Shown piece by piece: positions 54,817 to 64,000 of a stretch of 64,000 nucleotides of DNA (position 1 is its first letter; each line of letters starts with the position of its first letter). A program made the position numbers and the translations under genes. Source of the stretch: a virus; the IMG/VR virus record IMGVR_UViG_3300026311_000001, positions 19,873 to 83,872 of that record. One strand, 5' to 3'. The notes below the pieces were generated by a model that saw only the letters and a list, made by a program, of their open reading frames with translations, was not told the DNA's origin and searched no databases.

Positions 54817-57800
54817 TGGCAGAACAATTTGACGGATTAGGAATATTATGGAACACAGTATCGAAAGAGTATAATATCGGTACTTATGATGAGTTTTCAT
54901 CTAAGATGCAAGATCGTGAAAAGAGAAAAGCTTTTTACAATACAGTAGGAAAGAGATATAATCTCGGTAAGACATTTATTGAGTTTGAAAATAAGATAAA
55001 AAAAAAAGAAGAATTACCTTCAGGAGAAATGCCGGAAGTTGGTGGAACTCGTTTATCGTTATCAGGTTTTAAACAAAATACACTTCAGGGAGGATTGACG
55101 GATACAATCAAGGAATCCCTAAAGGACAATTTATTAACAAAGGAAGATAAGTCACAATTTTCACCGGGTATTCTAAAAGAACAATCATTATCTATGCCGG
55201 GGTCAGAAATGATATCTTCAAATATCCCTGGCCTATTCAAAAAAGACCCGTATGCCGGATTAGAATATGGATTGAGAAAACAGAGTGAAGAAAGGCTTGC
55301 GAGAGAAAACAGATACAGGGGGACAATTGCCGGGAATATTAATTGGGAGGATGAATCTACGGCAAAAAAAATAGCCGGTGGGTTCGCTACGGGTATGGCC
55401 TCATTACCGGGTAATGTAATCAATGCCCTTGATTATATGTATAAGATAGCCAATCAGGCATCTACTAAAGACGCATTATTAAGGCAAGGCGGTAAAGAGT
55501 ATAAAGATGTTTTCGATGAGTTTAAAGAAAACGACTGGTGGAAACAATACAGATACGGACTTCAGACGGCTTCTCAGGAAATGATGGGAGGTTCTATTGT
55601 TGATCAATGGAAGTCAGGGGACATAAAAGGTGCGATAGAGAGTGCCGTAGTAGGTGCAGCACAAAGTTTGCCGTTAACTTTAGCTGCTATGTTTGGAGGG
55701 CCGATGGGATTAACGTCAGTAGGATTAGTAGCTGCCGGGGAAAAATATGATACACTATCTGAAACAGACCTTCCGATGGCTAATAAGTTATTAAATGCAA
55801 CAATCACCGGGTCATTAGAGGCGGCCACTGAATCAATTACGCAAGGGTATGGGAAAGTGTTGGAAGGGATATTCCAACGAGAAGGTAAGAAAATAGGTAA
55901 GGATATTATAAAACAAGGATTTAAAGGATGGTTATATCAACCGTTAAAAAGATTAGGCATATATACCGCACCGGTTGGAGAGAGTTTAAGCGAAGGAATA
56001 AACGGATGGTCAGAGTATTTAACCGATGTAGCTTTCGGGATAGAGGAATATAGTTCTGATAATGCTAAAAGGGCATTTCTTGACAATGCGGCAATAGGGC
56101 TTCCTATGGGTAGTACGTTTAGTATAGTAGGGGCATCTGGGAAACTTATAAAACCAGCGTCAAAGACACGGGCTGAAAACGAAAACATTAAAAAAGAATT
56201 AAAAGATAAGGCAAAAGTTCCTGAAGATGAAAAGGAACTGTATATGGATAAGGTGCTAAAAGATGTACCGAAAGAGTACGCGGAGCCGGTAAGAAAACAG
56301 ATAGCTGAATTACTGATAAAGAAAGACGAGTTACAGCAGAAGCAGGAGGAAGCAGGGGAGAAGATAAAGCCGGTATTCGACAAACAGATAAAAGCCGTAG
56401 ACAATGCAATATCAGAAGTGGTAAATGCGGCTGAAGGATTTGCACAGGACACGGAAACAAAAGGAGATCAATTAAAACAGGTAAGCGATGAAAAAGCAGA
56501 AAAAAAACAAGGAGTACCCGAAAAGCCCGAAGCCGCACAACAAGAACAACCAGAGCCAGTCGAAACAGAAAAAGGGCAAGAAGAAGAAACGGTAAAGCCT
56601 AAAGAATTTAAGGTAACCAGGATTGCCGGTTTAGGCATGGGACAATCACAGGCATCCGGCACTTATTATTCAACGGAAGAAGGTAACAGGTATGAAACCG
56701 TAAGCGGAAAGAAAGCAAAAAGAGAGACGGTAGTCGTAGAGAATCCTATTGAGTTCGATCAGAACAAGAATGAGTTTACCAATTTAAGAAATGAAGTTCT
56801 TCAAAAGAATATTGATAAATTCGAAGAAGTAGATTTTGATGGAGCCACGATACCTGAAAGGATAACGGTTGATGATTTGTCTGAATCAGGATTAAACAAA
56901 TTAGGTGAATTTATAACTAAAGACTTAAGAAGAAATGGCCACTATTATATTCTGTTTACCGGTGAGGGAGAGGGTGAGTTTGTGGTATTTCCTTCAACAG
57001 ATGAACCCGGACAAGAGGTAACTCCCCAAGATATTGTTGATACCATACTTAATTATCCATCGGCAAGAGCAAGGAAAACGACAGACTTACAAACTCAAAT
57101 AGCCAGAAGATATAAAGAGGTTACAGGAGAGTCGATAAGGAATAAAAAATACGTAAGCGATAGCGAGGTGAGGAATAACCTTGAAAAGTTTGTTAATGAT
57201 AATAATATATCATGGTTTACATTTGAAGACTTAGAACAAGGAATAGAAACCAATAAAAATAAACTAACAAAATCAGAATATGAACAGTACAAAGACTACA
57301 TCAACAACGAAAAAGAATCCTTCGATGCCGGAGAAACATTCTGGGAAGATGACATGGCAGGAACAATTGGAGAGAGCCAGGAAGAACCTGTTCGAGAAGA
57401 ACAAACAGGAACAAGAGAAAAGTTAGATCAAGAAATAAATGATCTGAAAGACCAACTTGTTAAGGCAAAACAAAACAGACAAGAGAAAATAGCTGAATTT
57501 AATTCTCGTAAAGGATTATTTGGTGATACTAAACGAGAAACAGAAGGTACTACATTATTTGAATCCCCTACCGATTTATCTCAAGAAAGTTTAAATAAGT
57601 TTATTCAACCAGAAGAAAATGTAATTAAAAGACTTACATCTCAAATAGATAAGTTAGAATCTACTAAGGAAAGTAAGATTAAAGAATCAGAGGGTCAATT
57701 AAAAATACAAAAAAATGAGTCCATTCAGAAGCAAAAAGCAACGCCGGTTTCTAAGGTGGAAACACCCGAAAATATACAAGAAGTGGAAACAGAAATACGG

Positions 57801-60800
57801 GCTGAAAATAAGAAGGAAAAAGAAAAAATAGAACAAAATGAAATACGACAAGAGAAAACAGGAGAGGTTAGCCCTACGGAAGTTCGGGACAACGACAAGC
57901 AAGGAAGCCCTGAAGTTAATTTACGGGAAGAAACAAGAGAAGAAAGATTAACCAGAGCGAAATCAAAAGAAGAACTTAATTCCCTGTTAGGGAAAGATTT
58001 TAAATTCTCAGATAAAGATTGGCAAAAAGCCGTTGGGGAAGCAGAGAAAAAAGGATGGTTTAATAAGGAAGATGTAGACGTTGGAACTTCTTATGGTTAT
58101 GCGTCTACTAATAGCAATACTAAAACAATCGATGATTTAGCTAAAGATTTAACAGAGGGTAAAAGGCAGGATGATTTTATTATAAGCGATAGGGTAAGAA
58201 AAATACTAAATGATTTAGGTGTTCCGGTTGCAGAGAAAAAATTACCTTCAAGATATGCTGGGTTATATAAACTAAAACCTGAAAAAATAAGAGTTCAGGC
58301 AGCTTTTGATATTGTAGTTGCCACACATGAAGCGGCTCACTACATAAGTGATAAAGCAGGTTTATTTGATAAGATAAAAGGCAATAAACAAATCACTAAA
58401 GACCTAACTAATATTTATGTTGAGTTTTATCCGGGAGCTAAAAGGTCACATAAACTAAATAAACGTGTAGAAGAAGGAATAGCTACGTTATTTGAAAATT
58501 ATTTTACAAACCCAAATGAAATAGGGCAAAAATATCCAAGATTAGTTAATGAGTTTATCAATCCAAAAGGGAAATATCATGACCCTAAATTTACTCAGTT
58601 AATTAATGATATGAATAGTCTAGTTGAAGACTATGCAAAACTAAACCCTGAACAAAAGATCGGCGGGAGAATAGTCAGAGGCAAGGAAATTGTTGATAAG
58701 GATAAAGGGTTTAATACGGTTCAGAGAATTAAATATGAATATTTTAACAGGTTTGAACCTTTATCAAGAATAAGTAAAAAGGCCGGAGTATCGGAAGAAT
58801 TTTCAGACCCTTATGTTCATGCTTTTCAATGGATGAACAGAGGAACTTTTATACATGACTGGATAAAAGGTAATTCAAAAATGATTATAGGTAAAGACGG
58901 AAATTGGATAAGTAAACCAAAAACTATCCATGACTATTTGAAATTAGTAAAGAACAATGAAAAAGAATTTGAAGTATATCTAGTATCAAGAAGGGTATTA
59001 TCCGATTATAATTCTATGATCTCCTCAAATGAGGCTTTAAGATTAAAACAATCAGAGATAGAAGGAGTAGAAATCGGTACTGACGAATATAATGAGATCA
59101 ATAAGGATATTATAAACCTTCAGTCTAAAGTTGACAAATTAAGATCGATATTAAAAAACGATGCATTTAATATACATGATATAGCTACTGTTGTTAATAC
59201 ATATAAAAAACAATTCTTTGAGGCAGAAAAGATATTTGATGATGTGACTAAATCATTGATAGATTTCTCAGAAAATACAGGGTTGATATCTGAAGATATT
59301 GCAAATGAATATAGAAATACAGAAGGATATGCTCCTATGTTCAGGTTTATTAATGATGAATTAATAGGGGATAATTTTGGTACTATGCCATCTACTAATT
59401 CTCAAACAAAAGCAAAAATGTTTAAACAGAGAACTGGTAGTAAATTAGATATAGTTTCTCCGATATATAATCAAATGATCGCTGTAAATGAAGTAATAAG
59501 CAAAGGACTTGAAAATAATATATGGAGAAATGTTGCAAAATTAGCAGATAATAATGTAGAGATTGCTCGAAGGTTTGAAAAAATAGAATCAGAGCCACTT
59601 GTTTTAGATAATGGGTCAATTAGTTATCCACAAGATAAAGACCCTAGTCTTATAAAGGTTATGATTAACGGACAAAGGAACTACTATATGGCTGCCCCTG
59701 AATTATTGGCTGTATCAAAAAACTTAAGAGGTGAGGAGTGGAATGTATTTAGTAAGATGATTCGTTTACCTAGTGCATTATTTACAAGGCTTACTACTTC
59801 AGCTAACCCATTATTTGCTTTAGGAAACTTACCTGTAGACCAAGTATCTGCTTATATTCAATCTAAAACGGGGTATATTCCCGGAGTAAGTGCTGTTGAT
59901 AGTTTCGTAGAAATGGCTAAATCATTAAAAAATATAAATTCTGATGAAGAAACTTTATTTAGAAAATATATAAGAACAGGTGGGAGAAGACAAACATTTG
60001 CTTCATTTCATAATTTATCCCCAGAAGAAACAATAGCTAAAATATCAGGAGAAAAAACATTTGACAGGGTATTGGAGAAAATGGATTTAGGACTTAGCGT
60101 ACTTGAGTTTCCTTCTAATTCATCGGAATATATGTCAAGGTTTGCTGAATATAAAAGGGCTATAAATATGGGAAAAACAGAAACAGAAGCCATGTTCATG
60201 GCTAGTCAGGTAACTGTTCCTTTTCAATTATATGGTAACTGGCATGGGGGAATTGGAAAAACATGGATTAAATCACTACCATATTTTAATGCAGCTTTAC
60301 AGGTAAATTATAAATTTTTAAAGTCAGCAAAAGAAAATCCTGAGAAAGTAGCTATAATGGGGTCGGCTTTATTAGGAACATCATTGACTATGGCTGCACT
60401 GGTTTTCTCATCTGGTAGTGACGAACAAAAAAGACTACTAGCAAATATGCCAGCCAGAGAATTAGCTAGGGCTATTTTCTTCCCTCACCCATTAGATAAG
60501 AAAAAATTAATTCGTATAAGAATACCTGAAAACTTAGGGGTGTTTACAGGACTTGGATATTTATTTGCTATTCAGCATTACACAAAGCAAAAAGCAAGAT
60601 ATAAAGATTATATTGATAATACTACTGCTTTTATCCCAGATCAATTCAATCCATTAAAACCGACAGAAATGACTTTTGCGTGGGTTCCGCAAGTGCTATC
60701 CCCATCCATAGAAACGGCTGCAAATATAAGGACTTACCCGGAATTATCCCCAATAGTCCCTGAATACATGATAGAATCACAGCCACCAGAATTACAGTAT

Positions 60801-61364
60801 TATGAATACACTACTAATGTAGCTAAAAAAATAGGGTCATTAATAGGGGTATCTCCTGCTAAAACAGAATATTGGATACGTAATCAATTTGGGGCTGTAG
60901 GAGGAATGGCTATTGGTAAATTACCTAATAACCCGCTTATTCTTCAGGAAGAACATCACGTAATGAGAGGCCGATCTTATAGTTATTTTTATGATGATAA
61001 GAACAAAGCTACACAAGAATATAATTCATTAAAACTCAACTCATATAATGAAGAAGAACAGAACGGAATTATTGAGGATTATGTTTTGTATAACAAGACA
61101 AGTGATGTTCTTTCTAACATGAGAAGAACTATTCAAGTAAATAAAGATATTCCTGAATCGATAAAACAACGGTCTTTTGAATTATTAGTAAAAATAAATA
61201 ATGGAGAAAGAAAAAATATTTATGAAGAAATTGAAGGATTAAATACTGAAATACTAGATTTTTTATCTGATAATGGAATAGATATAGGAAGAACATATAA
61301 AGTAACTGTTTCATCAATATACAAGTCAATTAGAGAGTATAAAAAGGAACAATATAAGAATTAG
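54816..61364 (+). CDS. giant polyvalent virion/ejection protein with HEXXH motif
   Basis: 2182 aa; hydrophobic glycine-zipper-like segment AVVGAAQSLPLTLAAMFGGPMGLTSVGLVAAG; long E/K coiled coil; VVATHEAAHYISD zincin-type motif. Confidence 0.55.
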   Translation: MAEQFDGLGILWNTVSKEYNIGTYDEFSSKMQDREKRKAFYNTVGKRYNLGKTFIEFENKIKKKEELPSGEMPEVGGTRLSLSGFKQNTLQGGLTDTIKESLKDNLLTKEDKSQFSPGILKEQSLSMPGSEMISSNIPGLFKKDPYAGLEYGLRKQSEERLARENRYRGTIAGNINWEDESTAKKIAGGFATGMASLPGNVINALDYMYKIANQASTKDALLRQGGKEYKDVFDEFKENDWWKQYRYGLQTASQEMMGGSIVDQWKSGDIKGAIESAVVGAAQSLPLTLAAMFGGPMGLTSVGLVAAGEKYDTLSETDLPMANKLLNATITGSLEAATESITQGYGKVLEGIFQREGKKIGKDIIKQGFKGWLYQPLKRLGIYTAPVGESLSEGINGWSEYLTDVAFGIEEYSSDNAKRAFLDNAAIGLPMGSTFSIVGASGKLIKPASKTRAENENIKKELKDKAKVPEDEKELYMDKVLKDVPKEYAEPVRKQIAELLIKKDELQQKQEEAGEKIKPVFDKQIKAVDNAISEVVNAAEGFAQDTETKGDQLKQVSDEKAEKKQGVPEKPEAAQQEQPEPVETEKGQEEETVKPKEFKVTRIAGLGMGQSQASGTYYSTEEGNRYETVSGKKAKRETVVVENPIEFDQNKNEFTNLRNEVLQKNIDKFEEVDFDGATIPERITVDDLSESGLNKLGEFITKDLRRNGHYYILFTGEGEGEFVVFPSTDEPGQEVTPQDIVDTILNYPSARARKTTDLQTQIARRYKEVTGESIRNKKYVSDSEVRNNLEKFVNDNNISWFTFEDLEQGIETNKNKLTKSEYEQYKDYINNEKESFDAGETFWEDDMAGTIGESQEEPVREEQTGTREKLDQEINDLKDQLVKAKQNRQEKIAEFNSRKGLFGDTKRETEGTTLFESPTDLSQESLNKFIQPEENVIKRLTSQIDKLESTKESKIKESEGQLKIQKNESIQKQKATPVSKVETPENIQEVETEIRAENKKEKEKIEQNEIRQEKTGEVSPTEVRDNDKQGSPEVNLREETREERLTRAKSKEELNSLLGKDFKFSDKDWQKAVGEAEKKGWFNKEDVDVGTSYGYASTNSNTKTIDDLAKDLTEGKRQDDFIISDRVRKILNDLGVPVAEKKLPSRYAGLYKLKPEKIRVQAAFDIVVATHEAAHYISDKAGLFDKIKGNKQITKDLTNIYVEFYPGAKRSHKLNKRVEEGIATLFENYFTNPNEIGQKYPRLVNEFINPKGKYHDPKFTQLINDMNSLVEDYAKLNPEQKIGGRIVRGKEIVDKDKGFNTVQRIKYEYFNRFEPLSRISKKAGVSEEFSDPYVHAFQWMNRGTFIHDWIKGNSKMIIGKDGNWISKPKTIHDYLKLVKNNEKEFEVYLVSRRVLSDYNSMISSNEALRLKQSEIEGVEIGTDEYNEINKDIINLQSKVDKLRSILKNDAFNIHDIATVVNTYKKQFFEAEKIFDDVTKSLIDFSENTGLISEDIANEYRNTEGYAPMFRFINDELIGDNFGTMPSTNSQTKAKMFKQRTGSKLDIVSPIYNQMIAVNEVISKGLENNIWRNVAKLADNNVEIARRFEKIESEPLVLDNGSISYPQDKDPSLIKVMINGQRNYYMAAPELLAVSKNLRGEEWNVFSKMIRLPSALFTRLTTSANPLFALGNLPVDQVSAYIQSKTGYIPGVSAVDSFVEMAKSLKNINSDEETLFRKYIRTGGRRQTFASFHNLSPEETIAKISGEKTFDRVLEKMDLGLSVLEFPSNSSEYMSRFAEYKRAINMGKTETEAMFMASQVTVPFQLYGNWHGGIGKTWIKSLPYFNAALQVNYKFLKSAKENPEKVAIMGSALLGTSLTMAALVFSSGSDEQKRLLANMPARELARAIFFPHPLDKKKLIRIRIPENLGVFTGLGYLFAIQHYTKQKARYKDYIDNTTAFIPDQFNPLKPTEMTFAWVPQVLSPSIETAANIRTYPELSPIVPEYMIESQPPELQYYEYTTNVAKKIGSLIGVSPAKTEYWIRNQFGAVGGMAIGKLPNNPLILQEEHHVMRGRSYSYFYDDKNKATQEYNSLKLNSYNEEEQNGIIEDYVLYNKTSDVLSNMRRTIQVNKDIPESIKQRSFELLVKINNGERKNIYEEIEGLNTEILDFLSDNGIDIGRTYKVTVSSIYKSIREYKKEQYKN

Positions 61365-61388
61365 TATATTTGAATAAAATTTATTACG

Positions 61389-61853
61389 ATGAAAAAGTTA
61401 TTTATACTCATAAGTCTGTGTGTTTTCACGCTTTGCAATGCTCAGAAATATTCATGGGCTATTACTGATCAAGCTAAAGAAGATACGGCTAATTATAATC
61501 GTTCCGGTGGTGAAGATTGGACGGGTATGAAAGTTATTATAAGTATAACGATTTGGGAGTTGGAGGATACCACGGGTACGTTCCTTTTTGGAGGTCACGA
61601 CAATAAGGTAACTGCCGCTACCTCAAAACAGGACTGGAATTATTATTCTACGGACAAAACAGGGGTAGATATAGGCCCTTTACTTGCAGACACGGTAAGC
61701 TGTCTTATATTCATTCCTAATGAAGATTCTACAAGATATAATGCAAGGCTAACTATTGAATCATTCGATTTTAAACTACCGGCATATAAGTATACTAAAA
61801 ATAGCAATGATTCACTTTGGTATTATATGTTGTGGCAAGCTTACAGAAAATGA
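61389..61853 (+). CDS. secreted small protein
   Basis: Signal peptide MKKLFILISLCVFTLCNAQ. Confidence 0.45.
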   Translation: MKKLFILISLCVFTLCNAQKYSWAITDQAKEDTANYNRSGGEDWTGMKVIISITIWELEDTTGTFLFGGHDNKVTAATSKQDWNYYSTDKTGVDIGPLLADTVSCLIFIPNEDSTRYNARLTIESFDFKLPAYKYTKNSNDSLWYYMLWQAYRK

Positions 61854-62542
61854 AACCAATAGAAGTAAAAATACCCGTAGCCGCACTAATAATAACCGGC
61901 GTAATAATAATTGCCTCAGTAATTGTAACCACGGTAATAATCACCAACGGTAATGTCAAAAGGAAATTAAAGGGCGAAGTAATCCTTGTAAACGATCAGT
62001 ATCAGCAGTATAAGACTGAAGCCGAAAAAATCATAAGCCAGAAGGAAGATACTATACAGTACTATAAAAACATAGTGTTCAATAGAGATGAACGGATAAG
62101 GACACTGAACGGCAGTATCACTTCACTTAAAAATAAGCTATCCGAAATTCCTGCCGAAGCAAGTAAATATACCCCTAACGAACTTTACGAAGAACTGCAA
62201 AAGGTGTACGGAGAAAAAACAGACACGTTAGAATATCCATTTTCAGGAAACCAGGTAACTGAAATTTATGTAGAACATAAATATGCTAACGGGCTTGCGG
62301 AATTAACACAGCAATATGAATATATGATCGTAGAGTACATAAACAGGGTTGATGCAAGCGATAAGCAGATAGGGGAGCAGGATAAGTTATTGGAAATAAG
62401 AAAATCTATGCTGGAAGAAAGCGAAAAGAACGCGCAGATATTGTACGATAAATTCTTAAAAGAGCAAAAGAGGAAAAAGATATGGAGGGCGACCAGTGCA
62501 ATAGGCACGGTAGCGGGGATAGGAATTGGATTATTAATTTAG
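61850..62542 (+). CDS. membrane-anchored coiled-coil protein
   Basis: Start MKPIEVK (ATGA overlap with the upstream stop); TM AALIITGVIIIASVIVTTVII; C-terminal TM. Confidence 0.45.
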   Translation: MKPIEVKIPVAALIITGVIIIASVIVTTVIITNGNVKRKLKGEVILVNDQYQQYKTEAEKIISQKEDTIQYYKNIVFNRDERIRTLNGSITSLKNKLSEIPAEASKYTPNELYEELQKVYGEKTDTLEYPFSGNQVTEIYVEHKYANGLAELTQQYEYMIVEYINRVDASDKQIGEQDKLLEIRKSMLEESEKNAQILYDKFLKEQKRKKIWRATSAIGTVAGIGIGLLI

Positions 62543-62543
62543 T

Positions 62544-62597
62544 CGCTAAGTTAATTCGTGAGAACCAAATCGCCTCTGGCGTGGGTGGGTAGTTCAC
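62544..62597 (+). mobile_element. miniature/solo right end of TAGTTCAC-type TnpB element
   Basis: ..GAGAACCAAATCGCCTCTGGCGTGGGTGGGTAGTTCAC in the 60-nt gap between two genes. Confidence 0.5.
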
Positions 62598-62607
62598 TGC
62601 TTTGGAA

Positions 62608-63096
62608 ATGACCGACAAGAAGTTTGAAAATATCATTGAATTAGTTTACATGGGAGGGGGGTTTCTCCCGGCAAACCAGAGAGCCAATGAACTTACTGAA
62701 AACTGTGTAAAAGGTGAGATATTAAGTTTCTTGGAGGTAACGGAGCGTGACCTGAAATTTCATAAATGTTATTTCTCATTACTTGGGTACATTTACGACT
62801 ATCTTCCCATGAGTTTTACAAGCAAGGTAAGCAAAGATAACTTTCATAAGTTCCTGAAGCATTTACAGGGTAAGTACAAGGTTTTATTTACCTTTAAGGA
62901 TGGAACGGTCATGGTAGAATACGAATCAATTTCCTTTGGCAATATGAGCCAAAAAAGATTTGAAGAGTATGTAAAAGAACAGTTACCGTATATTTATGAA
63001 AATGTAATCGGAGCATTCTTTGAAGGTGAAATGTACGATAATATAATCGCTACCATTGAAGAAGAATACGAGAAGTTTTTAGTTAAATTGCACTAA
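62608..63096 (+). CDS. hypothetical protein
   Basis: ATG at 62608 (ORF track starts at a TTG, 62602). Confidence 0.45.
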   Translation: MTDKKFENIIELVYMGGGFLPANQRANELTENCVKGEILSFLEVTERDLKFHKCYFSLLGYIYDYLPMSFTSKVSKDNFHKFLKHLQGKYKVLFTFKDGTVMVEYESISFGNMSQKRFEEYVKEQLPYIYENVIGAFFEGEMYDNIIATIEEEYEKFLVKLH

Positions 63097-63780
63097 ATGA
63101 TTCAGCGAAAGAAAAAAATATGTAAAGATTGCAAAACGGAACAATACCTTTTCAGTCATGGCCGTTGCAAAAAATGTTTTCAATCATGGTGTTATTCTAC
63201 ACCTGAAGGACAGGAATATCTTAACCGTGTATGTTTAAAAGCAAAAAATAAAGTCAGGATAGAGGGGAAGAAAGAAACTCAGGAAAAAAAAGTTGAATTG
63301 ATGTCTTGCGATGAATACCGTAAAAAATATGTTCAGCCGATTTTTAATGAAATAGCCAGATTGATTGATTACGGCCAACCTTGTATAGCAACCGGAAAGT
63401 TCGGAGGTAAGTTAAATGGAGGTCATTTTCATTCTGTTGGATCGAATAGAACCTTAGCCTTTCATCTCCATAATATTCATCTACAGTCAGAACATTCAAA
63501 CAGTTATAAAGGAGGCGATAACAATAGATACCGGGAAGGGTTAGTAAGGGAATACGGGCAAAAGTATGCTGATTATGTGGATTCATTAAAATCAATTCAA
63601 CCTATTAAACTCAGTAAATCAGATTTAATTGAGATTAAAAATATAGCTACAGTGATAAAGAATGAATTGAAAAATAATCCTGTAGTAATGACGGCACAGG
63701 AGAGAATAGAAATCCGGGATGAAATAAACAAAAGAATAGGGATTTATAAAACGGAGCGTAAAACCCAGTCATCGCTTTAG
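63097..63780 (+). CDS. NinG/Rap-like recombination endonuclease candidate; last ~11 codons supplied by the mini-element
   Basis: N-terminal CKDC..CKKC zinc cluster, GGHFHSVG..R..H..N..QSEHSN pattern. Confidence 0.4.
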   Translation: MIQRKKKICKDCKTEQYLFSHGRCKKCFQSWCYSTPEGQEYLNRVCLKAKNKVRIEGKKETQEKKVELMSCDEYRKKYVQPIFNEIARLIDYGQPCIATGKFGGKLNGGHFHSVGSNRTLAFHLHNIHLQSEHSNSYKGGDNNRYREGLVREYGQKYADYVDSLKSIQPIKLSKSDLIEIKNIATVIKNELKNNPVVMTAQERIEIRDEINKRIGIYKTERKTQSSL

Positions 63781-63835
63781 CGTGGATGCCGTGAAACCCG
63801 AAGCCCATTTGTCTTTAGCAAATGGGTAGTTCACA
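63748..63835 (+). mobile_element. 88-nt miniature element (two hairpins, no ORF) of the TAGTTCAC family
   Basis: TTTAT|AAAACGGAGCGTAAAACCCAGTCATCGCTTTAGCGTGGATG..CCCATTTGTCTTTAGCAAATGGGTAGTTCAC|; interrupts the right copy of the 171-bp repeat. Confidence 0.6.
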
Positions 63836-64000
63836 ATCTCCCTGCGAGACTAATCCAAGTCTTTCTTTACACTCGTCAAGTATTTCTATTGTATCTTCAA
63901 TGGAGAGTTGTTGAATATTATATTTTTGTTTTTCTGTAAGTGCCATTGTTACTGTATTACATGATTATTTACGTCTGTAAAGTGCGCTTATACATATGTT
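63836..64000 (-). repeat. inverted repeat, right copy (runs off window)
   Basis: Reverse complement of 44378-44543; separated from its last 5 nt (TTTAT, 63743-47) by the 88-nt mini-element. Confidence 0.9.

Noticed and set aside
54816-61364. Virion-packaged RNA polymerase (crAss-like/N4-like) because of the ~2180-aa size
   Set aside because: I could not find DxDGD-type double-psi beta-barrel catalytic motifs. The sequence looks like a polyvalent ejection protein instead. The question stays open pending a profile search.
1-64000. tRNA, rRNA and tmRNA genes
   Set aside because: I recognised no cloverleaf-type or rRNA-like sequence by eye. tRNAscan-SE or Infernal would be needed to exclude small RNAs formally.

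Overview
AT-rich tailed-phage genome segment with Bacteroidota-style signals, such as Sec signal peptides ending SQ/AQ/GQ. Layout: head genes (1-2.9 kb, +), lysis genes (5.3-6.8 kb, -), secreted fibre/lectin/SGNH-esterase genes (7.4-13.8 kb, -), an 8.3-kb nucleotide-sugar and glycosyltransferase island (15.5-23.8 kb), replication genes (28.6-34 kb, -), an early accessory region (34.3-44.6 kb, +) and a virion/ejection module (46-62.5 kb, +). Two things stand out. (1) The accessory region is built like an integron cassette array, but no integrase is visible in the window. It has 17 consecutive units. Each is bounded by a unit-specific 7-10 nt inverted repeat embedded in conserved GTT...AAC cores. 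Units are separated by imperfect palindromes, mostly in three size classes (57-59, 95-102, 127-137 bp). Five units are DNA methyltransferases (a sixth MTase gene lies just upstream of the array) and one unit, next to an opposite-polarity palindrome, is a tnpB gene. Many palindrome loops carry a conserved GCGGATTA box and an ATGAA.. leader that reads in frame into the next unit. (2) The genome carries many OMEGA-type elements: five tnpB genes of several types, no Y1 transposase, and a truncated IS607-type serine recombinase. There are also three miniature hairpin-only derivatives, a further left-end remnant, and a decayed IscB-like element (PLMP fragment plus HEARO-like RNA) with nested TnpB insertions. 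A second HEARO-like RNA copy sits directly in front of an IS607-type tnpB. A perfect 171-bp inverted repeat links 44.4 kb to the right window edge. I recognised no tRNA, rRNA or CRISPR array. All calls come from reading the sequence and ORF track only; no searches were run.
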